From: Candidatus Cryosericum sp. | GTDB lineage: Bacteria > Caldisericota > Caldisericia > Cryosericales > Cryosericaceae | DNA: 22,159 bases | Direction of reading: 5' to 3' | NCBI GenBank assembly: GCA_049699855.1 | Contig: JBNAWM010000011.1 | Span: 1 to 22,159 of the forward strand | Shown: piece after piece, positions 6,112 through 15,958 of the stretch | Numbering within the stretch: the stretch's first letter is position 1 | Layout: each line of letters starts with the position of its first letter | The notes under the pieces: model-generated | The model's input: the letters and a program-made list of their open reading frames with translations, nothing else | Database searches by the model: none | What the model was told of the DNA's origin: nothing | Position numbers and translations under genes: made by a program

Positions 6112-8625
6112 CTACAGGGTCTGATTGCGCATCCAGCGGTCAAGGTGCTGGAGGAGGCTCTCCTGGCTCTCCATGGGCAGGAACAGGGATGGAGTCGGAA
6201 GGACAGCGCGGATGCGGTCCGCGTAGGCTGCGCTGAAGCTGCGGCTGTCCAGCATGAAGACGCTGTGCACGGTGTTCAGGTCCATCTGGTGCAGGGTGTA
6301 TTGCAGCAATGTCAAGGCGTAGGGCAGGTCGAACTGACGGAACGGATCGCTTCGTCGCTCTTTGAGCCCCTGTCTGAGACGCGTCACCGTCGGGAGAAAT
6401 GAGTTGGGAAATTGCAGTTTGGTGACAAAGAGGAAGTTGGCGGGGACGACATCGCCAAAACTGAGGTAGTCGAAGGGAATCAGGAGGATCGCCCGGTTCT
6501 GCCCCGCAAACTGCTCCAGGAGTTCGGTGCGTGTGTGCCCGTTCTTTGGAAGCAGCAGGGCGTATTCTGCAAAGCTGGCCTCACGCGCCAGAAATGACTG
6601 AATGCGGCGCAGGGTTTCCAGCGAATTCGACGTGACCATGGCTTTGCCGGGAAAGCGCCTCATTGTCTCTGCGACCAGACGAGCGGCACTTTTCTCAAAA
6701 CCTGACTCGTTGGGTTTTGGCAGGTGCAGTGTCACAAATGTTGGAACGCGCGGGCTCGTGGATGCGGGAGAGGCTAGCGTGGAGGCCGGGCGTGGAAGGG
6801 TCAGGCCGAACGTCTCAGGGAGAAAGTGCTGATCACCGGCAGGGAAGACGCTTGTACCGGCAAAGAATAGCTGAGCATGCTGGCTGGATGCACGGAGGCG
6901 CTTGGCGAGTGCGATCCTGGCGCAGGCGATGGCGAGATCGCGACCCTGGCGTTCCATCCAGACCGCGTAGTCTGGATCATTGGCACTGTCCAGAATGAAC
7001 GCAAGAGCTTGACACTGGCTCAAGTAGGTATTGCGCATGATGGACGGCAGCGTTTCGCCCATGGCGGTATAGGCTTGGAGAAGGTTCCTTGCTGTTTCCA
7101 GGAGTTGCAGGAACTGCGGCGATGAGCGAAGCGGCTCGCCCACACCCAGACGACCACGCAGATTTGCGTTGTCCTGACGGGAGGCATGAGCATACAGCTC
7201 TCCCATCAGCTCTACAGCCTTTGCCGCCAGTTCAGTTACGCGCAAGAAGAGCGGGGAAGGAGCTTGCTCGCTTGCCATCCCGGCGATGATGCGCAGGGTT
7301 GTGGTGGTGATTTGCAGCTCCGGGATTTCGAGGGCATCCGTCATGAGTTTCTCGGTCTCGGGAGAAGAAACCAGCACCGGCGCCATGCTGTCCAGTTCGG
7401 CCAGGACATGGGGAGACTCGCTCAAATCTGTCACATGCAGGTGTGCTCTCTTGGCACGAGCGAGCAACTCGTGCACAGGGCATGCATCACGAAACGGACA
7501 GTCGGGCTGAAGCTTGCAATGAGCAGCTGAAATGTGGTTCATGAGGCGCGATTTCTTGAGGAACAGAGGCATGCCGGGAATGAACACCGATCGCGTTTCC
7601 CATTCATAGACGAGCAGGGCAGACAACTCGAAACCAAACTCGCGGCGCATGACAGGACTGCGAGTGGCAGCATCGAGCAGCATGAGACAGACCAGATTGC
7701 TCGGACTCTCCTGCGAGATCCACAGGGGGCGCCCATCGTCGGTCTGTGCATCCTCAAGCAGTGGCTCGATCGCTGCAGGAGTTCTTAACAGAACCGCCCC
7801 GCGAAGCTTGCTCGTTTGAACGTCGTGCAGAAACCGGGAGCGCAGGGACGATGTCTCGCATTGCAGGATGAGATCTTCGCCCTCCTCCAGTTGCGCCATC
7901 TCCGGGGTATCCTGTTCGCAGAGAATGCCCTGCTTCACTGCCTTCAGGTGTGGAAGGCGCGAATAGTCCAGGTTGGTCAACACAGTCTCGAGGCCTGCCA
8001 GTTCGACTGGAGACGTCACGGACGTGGCACCCTCCGGGGTTTCAAGGAGTCCCAGGTCGGTCAGGGCTGGATACAGCAACTGCAGGCGGTGGATAATGGT
8101 CTCGGGAAAGGCAGCCTGATTGATCTTGTCTTTCAGCTTCCGGTAGAACCGGAAGAGAGACAAGCTGTCTCCAAGGGCCCTGTGTGCCTCCTCCTTCTTG
8201 ATGTCGAGGGAGTCGACAAGAGCGACAAGGCTGTGACTCTGCAGGTCTGGGAAAAAAATGCGAGCAAGTTCCAGTGTGTCGAACACGGGATTGGCGAGTG
8301 AGCCATGCAGTGCCTTCTGAAGGAACCCCTCGTCAAAATTGGAGTTGTGCGCAAGCAGCGGGCTGTCGCCGGCAAAGTGTAAGAACTGGTCGACAACCAG
8401 GTCGACTGATTCTGCCGGTTCCAGGTCCAGGCTGTTGATGCCGGTCAGCGCGGAGATGAATTCGGGGAGATGGGCTCCCTCTTTCAGGCGGCAGAATTGC
8501 TCGAAACGCCCCACTTCCTTGCCAGCTCGGACTTTGACCGCTCCAATCTCGATGATTTGGTCGGAAGCCTGATCAAGTCCTGTTGTTTCAAGATCAAAGA
8601 AGACTAATTCTTGTTCGTTTTTCAA
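6112..8625 (-). CDS. dinG: DnaQ-like DEDDh 3'-5' exonuclease fused to a degenerate DinG-family helicase fold
   Basis: FFDLETTG, IIEIGAVK, AHNSNFD, DTLELAR, AHRALGD in the N-terminus. DinG-like remnants NLVCL, CKLQPDCPFRDAC, KLQFP, DPFRQFDLPYA, LDSR...Y. TTG start with RBS AAAGGA (8636-8631). Confidence 0.75.
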   Translation of the reverse strand: MKNEQELVFFDLETTGLDQASDQIIEIGAVKVRAGKEVGRFEQFCRLKEGAHLPEFISALTGINSLDLEPAESVDLVVDQFLHFAGDSPLLAHNSNFDEGFLQKALHGSLANPVFDTLELARIFFPDLQSHSLVALVDSLDIKKEEAHRALGDSLSLFRFYRKLKDKINQAAFPETIIHRLQLLYPALTDLGLLETPEGATSVTSPVELAGLETVLTNLDYSRLPHLKAVKQGILCEQDTPEMAQLEEGEDLILQCETSSLRSRFLHDVQTSKLRGAVLLRTPAAIEPLLEDAQTDDGRPLWISQESPSNLVCLMLLDAATRSPVMRREFGFELSALLVYEWETRSVFIPGMPLFLKKSRLMNHISAAHCKLQPDCPFRDACPVHELLARAKRAHLHVTDLSESPHVLAELDSMAPVLVSSPETEKLMTDALEIPELQITTTTLRIIAGMASEQAPSPLFLRVTELAAKAVELMGELYAHASRQDNANLRGRLGVGEPLRSSPQFLQLLETARNLLQAYTAMGETLPSIMRNTYLSQCQALAFILDSANDPDYAVWMERQGRDLAIACARIALAKRLRASSQHAQLFFAGTSVFPAGDQHFLPETFGLTLPRPASTLASPASTSPRVPTFVTLHLPKPNESGFEKSAARLVAETMRRFPGKAMVTSNSLETLRRIQSFLAREASFAEYALLLPKNGHTRTELLEQFAGQNRAILLIPFDYLSFGDVVPANFLFVTKLQFPNSFLPTVTRLRQGLKERRSDPFRQFDLPYALTLLQYTLHQMDLNTVHSVFMLDSRSFSAAYADRIRAVLPTPSLFLPMESQESLLQHLDRWMRNQTL

Positions 8626-8636
8626 GTGTTTCCTTT

Positions 8637-11006
8637 CTATTTGAAGTAGGCAATAGTGACACCATCGCCGCCCTCTTCGGGGCTTGAAAAGCTGAAGTGA
8701 TCTATGCTTGGCAGTGTCTTGAGGAATTCGTGTATCTGTTTTCGCAGAATTCCTGCACCTTTTCCATGGACGATGTAAACAAACGAAAGACCTGACAGGT
8801 ACGCAACATCAATGTATTTGTCGAGTTTTTCTAATGCTTCGTCAACACGGCTCCCATGGAGGTCGATTTTCATGGGAACAAATGGCAGTGTTGGTTCGCG
8901 CGTGCCGCTGTACTGCATGGCCCTGCTCTGGTACGAGTTGAGTTCCGCGTCGGTCAACTTGCGGACTTGCGCCTCGGGCACCGTCGTGCGCATTGAGCCG
9001 GACTGCAGGATGAGCTTGCGCTTGTCCTTCATCACGTCAATAACAATTGCCTGCTTGTTGACCGACGTGATAATAACCAAGTCGCCAGGGAGGATCTCTT
9101 CCACGGGCGTGAACGCGGGTTTGTCTTCGTACGGTTCGGCTTTCTGAACCAGCTCGTCACGCGTTTCCAGGACAGCCTGTTTGACATCGTGTGCCGCTTG
9201 CGGCTGGTTCTTGAGGGCCTCCTGGTATTGTTTCATCAGATCGTCCATGCGCCTGCTGACATCGTCGACGATGCGCTGGGCCTCGGCATGAGCTGTCTTC
9301 AGCTCCTGTTTCTCATTCGCTTCAAGCAGGGCGAGCTTCCGCTCATAGTCTTCGCGCAGTTTCTCCAGCTCCTGCTGGTTGACGTTCAGTGTTTCCTTGG
9401 TGTGGCTGATCTCCTGAGAATCGGTGACAATGCGGCTCATCAGCTCGGTCGTGGCCTTGTGCTCGTTGCTGAGTTCGTCATGGGCAAGCGCAAGGACAGC
9501 TTCCGGTAGGCCCAGACGTTCACAGATGGTGAACGCATGACTTTCGCCGGGCGAACCCAGAATGAGTTCATACGTAGGCCGGAGAGTCTCCACATCAAAT
9601 CCCACAGAGGCATTGCGCACCTGCTCATAGCGGTAGGCAAGCAGCTTGAGGCTGCTGTAATGGGTCGTGATGACCGTAGTAATACGCTTTTGGTACAAGA
9701 AGTCGACGATGCCGGTTGCGATCGCCGAACCTTCTTCGGGGTCGGTTCCCACACCCAGCTCGTCCAGCAGAACAAGCGAATACCGGGTCGCCTGCTCAAG
9801 GATGCGGACGATGTTCGACATGTGAGCCGAGAAAGTGGAGAGGCTCTGTTCGATGCTCTGTTCATCGCCAATGTCTACATAGACATTATCATACAAACCG
9901 ACCGAGCATCCTTCTGAGGCGGGTATGAACAACCCAGCCTTGCTGCAGAGCACTGTCAGGCCCAGCGTCTTGAGGGTGACCGTTTTGCCGCCCGTATTGG
10001 GTCCCGTAATCACGACCATGAAGTAGTCCTTGCCGATCGCAAACGAGATTGGGACGCAGTTTTCCACAAACGGATTGCGGACATTGCGCAGGCTCGTCTC
10101 AAGATTGGGCGTGATGGAGGGTTTGACAGCATGCCAGAGCCGTGCCAGACGCCCTTTGGCGAGAGTGAAATCAAGATGTCCCGCCACGTCCAGTGACTTC
10201 TCGATATCGGGCGTGGCCTTCGCAATGAGATCTGTAAGGTAGAGCAGGATCCGTGAGATTTCTTTCTTCTCGTCGGACTGCAAGATCTGCAGGCGATTGT
10301 TGAGATCGATGACGCGCGTCGGCTCCACGAACAGGGTCATGCCACTGTCAGACTGGTCATGCACAACAGACTGGATGGTGTCCTTGAATTCGCGTTTCAC
10401 AGGGATCACGTATCGGTCATTGCGCGTTGTGATGATGCGATCCTGCACCGCACGGCCATACGCTTCGTTTGCGAGAATATCCTGCAGGACCTTATTGATT
10501 GTTTTCTGGAGTTCGATTTTCTCCCGCCGGATGGCGGCGATATTGATGGAGGCGTCGTCCAGAATATCCCCATCCTGATTGACGCAACGCTCTATCTCCT
10601 GGTCAAGCGAGGAAAAAGGTTTGACATCCTGGGAGATGCTGAAGAGAGACGGGTAGAGGTCCTTAATCGTGACGAATGCCTTCCGCACACGCGACAGTTC
10701 ACCAAGCACCACTGCTATCTTCCAGACCTCTTGACCGGAAAGCTGCAGGCGGACCTTGGCTTTGTCCAGCTCTGTTCGGATGTCCAGGAGATTGTTGAGC
10801 GTCAGGTCACCAAAACGCTCCAGGTACGAGGATGCCTCATCGGTTTCCGTCTGGGCAGCCCGGATGGTATCCATGCCATCCAGTGGAGCGAGCGCACGGC
10901 ACTTCTCGGCTCCCAGCGCCGATTCCGCTTGCAATGCAAGCTCCTCGCGGACGCGGTCGAAGCCGACCTTCCTGTAGGTGTACTCCTCAATAGCTGTCTG
11001 AGCCAA
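8637..11006 (-). CDS. mutS2: MutS2 ATPase/endonuclease with C-terminal Smr domain
   Basis: VHDQSDSGMTLFVEP, ITGPNTGGKTVTLK (Walker A), DIGDEQSIEQSLSTFSAHM, LLDELGVGTDPEEG, TTHY, coiled coil, KOW-like segment, IDLHG...IVHGKGAGILR...GGDGVT (Smr); TTG start 5 nt after the pheT stop. Confidence 0.95.
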   Translation of the reverse strand: MAQTAIEEYTYRKVGFDRVREELALQAESALGAEKCRALAPLDGMDTIRAAQTETDEASSYLERFGDLTLNNLLDIRTELDKAKVRLQLSGQEVWKIAVVLGELSRVRKAFVTIKDLYPSLFSISQDVKPFSSLDQEIERCVNQDGDILDDASINIAAIRREKIELQKTINKVLQDILANEAYGRAVQDRIITTRNDRYVIPVKREFKDTIQSVVHDQSDSGMTLFVEPTRVIDLNNRLQILQSDEKKEISRILLYLTDLIAKATPDIEKSLDVAGHLDFTLAKGRLARLWHAVKPSITPNLETSLRNVRNPFVENCVPISFAIGKDYFMVVITGPNTGGKTVTLKTLGLTVLCSKAGLFIPASEGCSVGLYDNVYVDIGDEQSIEQSLSTFSAHMSNIVRILEQATRYSLVLLDELGVGTDPEEGSAIATGIVDFLYQKRITTVITTHYSSLKLLAYRYEQVRNASVGFDVETLRPTYELILGSPGESHAFTICERLGLPEAVLALAHDELSNEHKATTELMSRIVTDSQEISHTKETLNVNQQELEKLREDYERKLALLEANEKQELKTAHAEAQRIVDDVSRRMDDLMKQYQEALKNQPQAAHDVKQAVLETRDELVQKAEPYEDKPAFTPVEEILPGDLVIITSVNKQAIVIDVMKDKRKLILQSGSMRTTVPEAQVRKLTDAELNSYQSRAMQYSGTREPTLPFVPMKIDLHGSRVDEALEKLDKYIDVAYLSGLSFVYIVHGKGAGILRKQIHEFLKTLPSIDHFSFSSPEEGGDGVTIAYFK

Positions 11007-11011
11007 AGCGT

Positions 11012-13435
11012 CTATGTTCTTCGTAGCAGGCCCCCAACTTGTCTGGTGAGGGCAGACTCCACCTGGCTGACAAGTGTATCGACTTCTTCGCCCACGAGCG
11101 TTCGCTCAAAAGAAGTGAACTCCATGGAGAAGCCAATGCTTTTCTTGCCTGCCGGCAGACTGCCTCCCTGGAAATTGTCAAAGACGACTACTGATGTGAG
11201 CAGCGGACCCCCGTACTGGGTGATGATCGACTGGAGTTGACCGGCTGGTACTGCAGTGTCCACGACGACTGCAATGTCGCGACGAATGGAAGGGAACTTC
11301 GAAAACTCCTTGAAACCCACGGTCGGAAGGGCGGTAAGCACGGCATCGACGGAGAGCTCGGCATAGAATGCTTCGCGCTCCAGTCCAAGGAGGGATGCCA
11401 CGCTCTGCTTAACAATGCCCAGTGTTCCGATTGTGGTGGAACCCGAGGAAACAAGGGCGCCTGCCCCGGCTTCCAAGAGAGCGTGATCGGAGGGAGCGAT
11501 GTCGAAGGGGATATGAAGTGTGTCCAGAACGGACTCGACGACACCCTTCAACACAAAGACGCTTGCATCCCGTGAGGGCGATGTCCAGTTGGAGTTCTGC
11601 CATTTGCCAACAAGGAGAATGCCCAGCGCGGTCGCTTCTGCAAAAGCGCCCCCGTTCAGGCTGAATGTCTTGCCAATCTCAAAGGAGGCAAACCCGTCGC
11701 GGCCTCGTGAAAGGTTGCGTGCGGCCGCTCCGGCAAGGCCGGGGAGCAGGTTGGGGCGCAGTGCGTCCCAGTCTGTTGAGAGTGGATTCAGCAAGGCCGG
11801 TGCCAGGGGCAGTCCCATGGCGGTGATCGTTTCCTGATGCACAAAACTGATGGTGCGTGACTCGTAAAGGCCGACACCGGCAAGGTGCCCGCGTAAACGC
11901 TTCGAGAGGGCCTTGAGAGGCGACTGTGACCCTCGTCGCAGAGCCAGCATGGGAGCATGTGATGGGAACTCGTCATAGCCTTGCATCCGGACGATTTCTT
12001 CCACATACTCTGGCCAGGACGTCAGGTCCGTGCGAAAGGATGGCGGAACAACAGTCAGTGTCGCTCCCGTGCCATGAGAGACGATTCCCTCATACGAGAA
12101 CAGCTTCTGCATGCCTGCGGCATCAAGGTTGGACCCCAGATACCTGTTCACACGGTCCACGTCGAGATCGAGGGGAGAGCGCTGTGGAGCAGGAATTCCC
12201 ACGGCAGCGACATCAGAGACGTACGAGCCGACGCACTGTTCGCGGACCATGTTTGACAGGACTGCCGGCACCGCCGTGACGGTGACCCCGGGATCGGTGC
12301 CGCGCTCGTAGAGGTAAGCCGCGTCAGTCTTGATGCCAAGGTGTCTGCTTGCTCGTGCGACCGCCCTCGGATCAAAGTGCGCGATCTCGAAGACGATGCT
12401 GGTCGTGTCGTCCTTGACACTTGAGGCCAGTCCTCCCATGACCCCGGCAATGGCGACAGGGCCATCTGCATCAGCGATGACAAGCGTTCCGGGTTCAAGA
12501 TCATGTGATGTCCCGTCGAGAGTAATGATGGTTTCGCCTGAAATGGACTGCCTCACAATGATGTGATGCCCCGCAAGGCGGTCATAGTCGAAGGCATGCG
12601 TGGGCTGGCCGTAGAGTTTGAGGCAGAGGTTTGTCATGTCGACGATCCTGTTCACGGGACGAACACAGGACTGGTACAGCCGTGTGCGGAAGGCATGATT
12701 CGTCGATCCGGGGACCACGTCGCGGATGAGGACCCCGACGTAGGAACTGCAAAGAGACTGGTCTTCAACGGTCACGGTCAGTCCGCCCTCATCATGGCTG
12801 TGCGGAAGAGTCGAGGGCAGCGGAAGCCGGATATTGGCAATGTCAAAAGGTCGGTCCGCATCCCGCGCTTTCAGTACCTCAATCCATCGCGCGAGGCCAA
12901 GGACCGAAAGCGCATCGCCCCGGTCCGGCGTGACACTTATTTCCAGTGATGTGTCGGAAACGGGCCACGCTTCTTCGAAGGGCTGCCCGGGCAATGCCCC
13001 TGGTCTCAGATGAAAAATGCCTTCCTTTTCATCTGAGGACAGCAGGTCTCCATCAAGTGCCAGCTCCTTCCACGAACCCAGCATGCCAGATGATAGGACG
13101 GTGCCAAACATGCGGCCGCCTATCGCTAGACCATCCGCCGTCTTACCACCAGGCAGGATCACCGGAACAAGGTCCTCTCTCTGCACATTTGTTGCAGCAG
13201 TGCATACGCTGGTCGTTCCGCGCGGTCCCAGATCGAGGTCGACCACTGTCAGTTTGTCATGCGTTGGATGAGGCTCCGTACGGACGACACGTGCGACGTA
13301 CGTCTCGCTGAAGGAAGGTTTGAGGACTTCCATCGATTCGACTTCTATGCCGATGTCTCCCAGCTTTGTGACCAGTTCTTCTGGCGAGTAGTCAAAGTCG
13401 ATCGCAGTGTGCAATGCGGATAGCTTGATTTTCAT
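11012..13435 (-). CDS. pheT: Phenylalanine--tRNA ligase beta subunit
   Basis: tRNA-binding OB domain (HPTHDKL), TPDRGDALSVLGLAR, YGQPTHAFD, IAGVMGG, YERGTDP, PSFRTDL...EEIVRMQGY, SKFPSIRRDIA, ERTL. Confidence 0.97.
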   Translation of the reverse strand: MKIKLSALHTAIDFDYSPEELVTKLGDIGIEVESMEVLKPSFSETYVARVVRTEPHPTHDKLTVVDLDLGPRGTTSVCTAATNVQREDLVPVILPGGKTADGLAIGGRMFGTVLSSGMLGSWKELALDGDLLSSDEKEGIFHLRPGALPGQPFEEAWPVSDTSLEISVTPDRGDALSVLGLARWIEVLKARDADRPFDIANIRLPLPSTLPHSHDEGGLTVTVEDQSLCSSYVGVLIRDVVPGSTNHAFRTRLYQSCVRPVNRIVDMTNLCLKLYGQPTHAFDYDRLAGHHIIVRQSISGETIITLDGTSHDLEPGTLVIADADGPVAIAGVMGGLASSVKDDTTSIVFEIAHFDPRAVARASRHLGIKTDAAYLYERGTDPGVTVTAVPAVLSNMVREQCVGSYVSDVAAVGIPAPQRSPLDLDVDRVNRYLGSNLDAAGMQKLFSYEGIVSHGTGATLTVVPPSFRTDLTSWPEYVEEIVRMQGYDEFPSHAPMLALRRGSQSPLKALSKRLRGHLAGVGLYESRTISFVHQETITAMGLPLAPALLNPLSTDWDALRPNLLPGLAGAAARNLSRGRDGFASFEIGKTFSLNGGAFAEATALGILLVGKWQNSNWTSPSRDASVFVLKGVVESVLDTLHIPFDIAPSDHALLEAGAGALVSSGSTTIGTLGIVKQSVASLLGLEREAFYAELSVDAVLTALPTVGFKEFSKFPSIRRDIAVVVDTAVPAGQLQSIITQYGGPLLTSVVVFDNFQGGSLPAGKKSIGFSMEFTSFERTLVGEEVDTLVSQVESALTRQVGGLLRRT

Positions 13436-13444
13436 TCGGTCACC

Positions 13445-14449
13445 TCAGAACTGGCTCAGGAAATCCACGTCGTTGTCGTAGAACATGCGAATGTCCCGGA
13501 TGCCATATTTGATCATGGCTATTCGCTCAATGCCCCATCCGAACGCAAATCCCTGGTACACCGACGTATCGTAGCCAACTTCGCGTAGAACGTTCTGGTG
13601 CACCATGCCGGAGCCGCCCATCTCGATCCAGCCAGAGTACTTGCAGGTGGGGCATCCTTTGCCGCCGCAAATGGGACATGAGATTGCCGTCTCAGCTCCC
13701 GGCTCGACGAAGGGGAAGTACGAGGGCAGCAACTTGACCTCGGTCGACGACCCGAAGACCCCTCGCACGAATTCCTGAAGAACTCCCTTGAGGTCTGCAA
13801 ACGTGATTCCCTTGTCGATCACCAGGCCTTCAACCTGTGTGAACACTGGCGTATGGCTTGCATCCACAGCGTCACGGCGATAACACCTGCCAGTGGCTAT
13901 GATACGTATAGGCGGCTGCTGGCGTTTCATCGTACGGACCTGGATGGGCGACGTATGCGTGCGGAGCAGGGTGCCGGGTGCGAGGTAGAAGGTGTCCTGC
14001 ATATCACGTGCCGGATGATCCGGTGGAATGTTCAGGGCTTCGAAATTGTAGTACTCCTGCTCGATCTCCGGTCCTTCCTCTATGTCAAATCCCATAGACA
14101 GGAACACAGACTCGACCTCTTCCTCAACCTGGGTGAGGATATGCTTCTTGCCGGCCGGCATGAGCTGCCCCGGCAGCGAAAAGTCAATGTCAAGCCGGCG
14201 CTCCCGGGCGGCGAGCTCGGACAGTCTTTGCTCGATCTCTTGGGCTGCCCAGAGCTTGAGTGCATTGACCTGTTCGCCAAACTGTTTGCGCTGGCTTGCA
14301 TCGATGGTTGCTATTTGTTTTAAGAGTGCAGTAACCACACCCTTCTTGCCCAGGAATTCGACTTGCACGGCGCGGACATCCTGTGCGCTGAGAGCTGCCT
14401 TCAGGCGCTGTTCCAGGGATGTGCGGACTTCATCAAGAGTACTCGGCAT
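13445..14449 (-). CDS. pheS: Phenylalanine--tRNA ligase alpha subunit
   Basis: FLGKKG, NFEALNIPPDHPARDMQDTFY, LLRTHTSPIQVR, HTPVFTQVEGL, YFPFVEP, CPICGGKGCPTC, GFAFGWGIERIAMIKYGIRDIR. Confidence 0.98.
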   Translation of the reverse strand: MPSTLDEVRTSLEQRLKAALSAQDVRAVQVEFLGKKGVVTALLKQIATIDASQRKQFGEQVNALKLWAAQEIEQRLSELAARERRLDIDFSLPGQLMPAGKKHILTQVEEEVESVFLSMGFDIEEGPEIEQEYYNFEALNIPPDHPARDMQDTFYLAPGTLLRTHTSPIQVRTMKRQQPPIRIIATGRCYRRDAVDASHTPVFTQVEGLVIDKGITFADLKGVLQEFVRGVFGSSTEVKLLPSYFPFVEPGAETAISCPICGGKGCPTCKYSGWIEMGGSGMVHQNVLREVGYDTSVYQGFAFGWGIERIAMIKYGIRDIRMFYDNDVDFLSQF

Positions 14450-14493
14450 ATCTTGCTCCTCATTCCATCAACAATATCGCGGTGATCATATGA

Positions 14494-14521
14494 ATTGTAC
14501 GTTTATTCGGCATCGTTACAA
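14494..14521 (-). promoter_or_regulatory. Putative sigma70 promoter for pheST-mutS2-dinG
   Basis: TTGTAA (14521-14516) - 16 nt - TACAAT (14499-14494); RBS GAGGAG just upstream of the pheS ATG. Confidence 0.6.
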
Positions 14522-14663
14522 GCGCGCGCGCAGTTCACATGCAGTGCTTGAAAACAGGTTCGGACGCGCCGCAGTGCTGTCTACCGGGCACGACTTTCTT
14601 CCGATTGTCAGTATACTTCCTATTGTTGAGAATTTGCTCACGCTAGTGCAACAAGGAGACAAT

Positions 14664-15905
14664 ATGACCACAAAACCCAAGACAACCAGACACGCTGGAA
14701 AGAATCAGACGAGTATCAAGGTGGAGAATACATCGAGCATTCTTCGGGCGATTTACGAATCCAACGATATTTCACGCGCCGACTTGGTACGACTGACGGG
14801 GCTGACGGCTCCAACTGTTTCTCGCATTGTTTCGTTTCTGGTGGACCAGGGAATCGTGACAGAGACCCCAGGCGAAAGCACAGGTGTGGGTCGCAAACCG
14901 ATTGTTCTGCACTTCAATGGCAGGTCTCGCTATGTTGTCGCCATCGACTTTGCCTGGGGGCGCGTTCGTGTGGCAATCATGGATCTCGGGGGAGGGATCC
15001 TTGACCGTACGGAGCACGCTATTGATCCCCAGGGCTCGGCGAAGGCCGAGTTTGACAAGGCGGTGAGCGCCGTTCAACAACTGCTGGATCGGCATCGGGC
15101 GATAAAAATCATCGGGATCGGTTTCGCGGCGCCCGGACTTATCAACTCAGAAGGCGGCACAATCATCAGTATCCCCAACTTTCCCTCGATTCGCAATCTT
15201 CAGATCCGTCAGCTTCTCCAGGCTCGATTCGGGTATCCAACCTTTGTGGTCAACGACGCAAATGCCGAGGCCATTGCAGAGAAGTTCTTTGGACAGGGTC
15301 GGGACGCATCCGACTTTGTCCTGGTGCATCTCGGCTACGGCATTGGGGCTGGGATCGTCATCCGGGGGCGACTGTACACAGGGAACTTTGGCGTGTCCGG
15401 CGAGATTGGACACACCTCTGTCGACCGTAAGCACGGCAAGTGGTGCGATTGTGGAAATCGGGGCTGCCTTGAATTGTACGCTGGCTTGCGTGGCATACTG
15501 GAGGATGTTTCTCTGCAGTTGGGACGGAAGGTTTCGCTCGGCGAGCTTCAACAGCTTGCCTCGGATGGCGATGCCAAGGCACTGGATGTCCTCAAGGAGA
15601 AGGGCGAGCTCATCGGGTACGCACTCGTCAACATCGTCAATATCCTTGCTCCGGAGCGCATTATTGTCACGGGGCAGGTGGCTGCCCTGGGTTCTGCCGT
15701 TCTTGAGCCGATGAAGCGGGTCATTGCCGAGCGTTGCTTCTATCACGTCGCAGATCAAGTTTCGATCACCATTTCATCGCTGGCAGACAACAGCACTCTT
15801 CTGGGAGCAATGACCATCGTCCTCGACGATTTCCTCGAGTACCCCTATAACTTTCTGAACCCTCGTTCAGAACACCACCGCAAGGAAACTTCGCCATCCG
15901 CTTGA
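14664..15905 (+). CDS. ROK family transcriptional repressor (NagC/XylR type)
   Basis: HTH ISRADLVRLTGLTAPTVSRIV...GRKP, NDANAEAIAEKFFG, GEIGH, CDCGNRGCLE; likely start ATG 14664 after RBS AAGGAG, not 14082. Confidence 0.92.
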   Translation: MTTKPKTTRHAGKNQTSIKVENTSSILRAIYESNDISRADLVRLTGLTAPTVSRIVSFLVDQGIVTETPGESTGVGRKPIVLHFNGRSRYVVAIDFAWGRVRVAIMDLGGGILDRTEHAIDPQGSAKAEFDKAVSAVQQLLDRHRAIKIIGIGFAAPGLINSEGGTIISIPNFPSIRNLQIRQLLQARFGYPTFVVNDANAEAIAEKFFGQGRDASDFVLVHLGYGIGAGIVIRGRLYTGNFGVSGEIGHTSVDRKHGKWCDCGNRGCLELYAGLRGILEDVSLQLGRKVSLGELQQLASDGDAKALDVLKEKGELIGYALVNIVNILAPERIIVTGQVAALGSAVLEPMKRVIAERCFYHVADQVSITISSLADNSTLLGAMTIVLDDFLEYPYNFLNPRSEHHRKETSPSA

Positions 15906-15929
15906 CACCGTTGGCCATCGTCCTAGAAT
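15902..15929 (+). promoter_or_regulatory. Sigma70 promoter for the ROK kinase
   Basis: TTGACA (15902-15907, overlapping the repressor stop codon) - 16 nt - TAGAAT (15924-15929). Confidence 0.7.
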
Positions 15930-15933
15930 ACCT

Positions 15934-15958
15934 TTATTAGTAACGTTTTGTGCAATAA
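15934..15958. promoter_or_regulatory. Candidate ROK operator
   Basis: TTATT-N15-AATAA, a 25-bp AT-rich dyad just downstream of the -10 box, next to a ROK repressor gene. Confidence 0.45.

Noticed and set aside
14605..14633. Promoter for the ROK repressor (TTGTCA-N17-GAGAAT, or TATACT at 14612)
   Set aside because: Neither pairing gives both a convincing -35 and -10, so it was left uncalled.
14082..14663. N-terminal 194 codons of the 607-aa ROK ORF
   Set aside because: Overlaps pheS antisense and the promoter region; the RBS (AAGGAG) and the HTH position support a start at ATG 14664.
14450..14663. T-box riboswitch upstream of pheS
   Set aside because: No GGTGGNACCGCG T-box sequence or terminator on the minus strand, and the predicted leader is too short.
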